DNA from: Roseovarius sp.
GTDB lineage: Bacteria; Pseudomonadota; Alphaproteobacteria; Rhodobacterales; Rhodobacteraceae
DNA length: 64,000 nucleotides
Direction: 5' to 3'
Assembly: GCA_032251095.1 (NCBI GenBank)
Contig: JAVVFB010000001.1
Location: forward strand, 969 to 64,968
Shown here: positions 62,249 through 64,000 of the stretch, piece after piece
Position numbering within the stretch: position 1 is the stretch's first letter
How the letters are laid out: every line of letters begins with the position of its first letter
Program-made: the position numbers and the translations under genes
The notes under the pieces: model-generated
The model's input: only the letters and a program-made list of their open reading frames with translations
The model's database searches: none
Told to the model about the DNA's origin: nothing

Positions 62249-63117
62249 GCGAAGATGGCACCCGCGCCATCAGCGTGATCGGCTTTATCGGGTCGGTCTT
62301 TTCGCCCTGGTATGCCTGGTCAGGGCGGCGCAATCCGGCCAATCATGTTTGTCTCAACGTCGCCACCTATGGCCCTGGCGGGCGGTTCACCATGACCGAC
62401 AGGGGCACAAGCGCCCTGCGACAAACGCCCGACAGCCTTGTGATCGGACCGTCATCCATGCACTGGCGCAACGGGGTTCTGGTGATTGATGTCAACGAAA
62501 TATCCTCGCCGCCGCTGATTTCCCGGGTCCGGGGACAGATTCGCGTGACACCCTCGGCGGTCACCGGGGTCGAAGTGCCGCTGACGCCGGATGGCGCGCA
62601 TATCTGGCGCCCCTTTGGGCCGACATCAAGCATCGAGGTTGACCTTGATGCGCCCGGCTGGCGGTGGCAGGGGCATGGCTATTTCGATGCCAATTTCGGC
62701 ACCCGCGCGCTTGAACAGGATTTCGAGCGCTGGACATGGGGGCGCTATCCGCTCAGCACTGGTAGCACCTGTTTTTACGACGCCACCCGCCTTGACGGCA
62801 GCACCTTTGCCACGGCGGTGCATTTTGATGCGAACGGCAATGCCGAGGTGATCGAGCCGCACCCCAAGGCGCGCATGGCCCGAAGTCTCTGGGGCGTGAC
62901 GCGCGAGACCCGCGCCGACACCGGATATCGCCCGAAACAGGTCAAGGCGATGTTGGATGCGCCGTTTTATGCGCGCGCGGCGGTGCGCACCTGTCTTGAC
63001 GGTGAAGAAACCGTCGGCGTGCACGAAGCGCTTGATCTCAAACGCTTTCGCAATCCCTTGTTAAAGCCGATGCTGGCGGTTCGGGTGCCGCGCCGCGCCC
63101 GGTGGCGGTTTGATTAA
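62206..63117 (+). CDS. crtC: hydroxyneurosporene synthase (acyclic carotenoid 1,2-hydratase)
   Basis: ...NGYAWWYVDGISEDGTRAISVIGFIGSVFSPWYAW.... The start is uncertain (GTG 62206 is the only canonical start near the conserved region). Overlaps the crtD end. Confidence 0.7.
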   Translation: MPPNGYAWWYVDGISEDGTRAISVIGFIGSVFSPWYAWSGRRNPANHVCLNVATYGPGGRFTMTDRGTSALRQTPDSLVIGPSSMHWRNGVLVIDVNEISSPPLISRVRGQIRVTPSAVTGVEVPLTPDGAHIWRPFGPTSSIEVDLDAPGWRWQGHGYFDANFGTRALEQDFERWTWGRYPLSTGSTCFYDATRLDGSTFATAVHFDANGNAEVIEPHPKARMARSLWGVTRETRADTGYRPKQVKAMLDAPFYARAAVRTCLDGEETVGVHEALDLKRFRNPLLKPMLAVRVPRRARWRFD

Positions 63118-63575
63118 CCCGCCGCGTCCGGGTTGAGCCGCAACACCGAAAGGTTCAGCATTCCAGCGACGCTGACCCAGACGAGATAGGGGAAAAACAG
63201 CATCCCCGCGACACTATCCACCAGCCAGAGCGCAATCATCGTGAGCGCAACAGACAGCCAGAGCAACATCAGAACGATCAGGCCAAGGCGCATGTTCTTG
63301 AGGCCGAAAAACACCGGCGTCCAGAGCCCGTTAAGTGCAATCTGCAAAGACCAGAGCGCCATCGCGATGCCATTGCCATCACTGACCGCAACCCGCGCGC
63401 CGGCCGCGGCCATGCAGACGTAAAGCACGGTCCAGACCACCGGGAACATCCAGTTGGGCGGCGTCCAGACGGGTTTTCTAAGTCTGGCATACCAGTCGCC
63501 CGGCATGAACAGGCTGCCGGTCGAGCCGGCGGCGAAACACGCGGCGAGGAAGATCGCGAAGCAAATCCATATCAT
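63114..63575 (-). CDS. tspO: TspO/MBR family tryptophan-rich sensory protein
   Basis: 153 aa, five hydrophobic helices, Trp-rich (...WYARLRKPVWTPPNWMFPVVWTVLY...), between crtC and crtB. Confidence 0.9.
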   Translation of the reverse strand: MIWICFAIFLAACFAAGSTGSLFMPGDWYARLRKPVWTPPNWMFPVVWTVLYVCMAAAGARVAVSDGNGIAMALWSLQIALNGLWTPVFFGLKNMRLGLIVLMLLWLSVALTMIALWLVDSVAGMLFFPYLVWVSVAGMLNLSVLRLNPDAAG

Positions 63576-64000
63576 GCTGTCTCTCTACCCTGCGCGGCAC
63601 CGCACCTCAAGCCTGCGCTACGCTCAATATCCTGCGCCTTGAGGCGCGCGAGGGCGGCATAGAGCGTATCACTCCAATCGCTGGCCGGGGCAATGGCTCC
63701 GGCGGCGGCATCCACCAGATAGGCGGTTTCGGGCAAGGGGCGCGCATAGATCAGCGGCGAATGCGGCAGGATCGCGCCGCTGGCCACGCGCAGCATCGCC
63801 AAGGCAAGCCAGCCAAGTTTCTGGTGATCGCGGGTATAGGCGCGCTGTGTGATCGAATCATAACCCGCCGCGCGAACCTGTATCCCGATGCCCGCATAGA
63901 TATAGCGCGCCGCCATGATGCCGGGGCGACATTTCAGCGGCAACAGCGCCACGCCGGTCTGTGCGCGGGTATAAAGCCCATCCGCCTCGTGCAGCAACCG
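63572..64000 (-). CDS. crtB: phytoene synthase, C-terminal part (gene continues beyond the window)
   Basis: The frame is open to the window edge. ...AARYIYAGIGIQVRAAGYDSITQRAYT... resembles the squalene/phytoene synthase C-terminus. Sits upstream of tspO. Confidence 0.7.
   Translation of the reverse strand, partial: RLLHEADGLYTRAQTGVALLPLKCRPGIMAARYIYAGIGIQVRAAGYDSITQRAYTRDHQKLGWLALAMLRVASGAILPHSPLIYARPLPETAYLVDAAAGAIAPASDWSDTLYAALARLKAQDIERSAGLRCGAAQGRETA

Overview
High-GC (~65%) alphaproteobacterial chromosome segment. Gene order and a three-heme PufC point to Rhodobacteraceae, Rhodovulum/Rhodobacter-like (inference). Region 1-24.7 kb carries kynureninase, two tandem RTX-repeat proteins ending in Hint domains, a PuuD-like amidohydrolase, a DUF2256 gene coupled to a photolyase gene whose frame is broken, pepN, an SLT transglycosylase, an orphan ORF, and a carnitine-type catabolic cluster. 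Region 24.8-64 kb is a photosynthesis gene cluster (PGC). Its order is idi-bchP-orf428-bchG, ppsR, ppaA (minus) | bchFNBHLM-lhaA-puhABC-small ORF-acsF-puhE-hemA, cycA (plus) | dxs, pufCMLABQ-bchZYXC-crtFE (minus) | crtDC (plus) | tspO-crtB (minus, runs off the window). pufA and pufB are too short for the ORF track and were translated by hand. Many long ORFs in the track are antisense shadow ORFs typical of high-GC DNA and are not reported. I saw no tRNA, rRNA, CRISPR, transposase or phage genes, and no convincing new multi-gene system such as a defence island. The least explained signal is a REP/MITE-like repeat family with 8 copies. These include one 223-bp palindromic unit, one copy in frame inside bchB, and one flanked by an 8-bp direct repeat that duplicates the puhE start region. 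Other points are single-nt frame breaks in bchN and the photolyase gene, an 11-bp stem linking the ppaA stop to the ppsR start codon, perfect PpsR operators at three promoters, a three-heme PufC, an SDR gene fossil, and the RTX-Hint paralog pair. All family calls come from reading motifs by eye; no database search was run. Start codons are best guesses from Shine-Dalgarno (SD) spacing and N-terminal lengths recalled from homologs.
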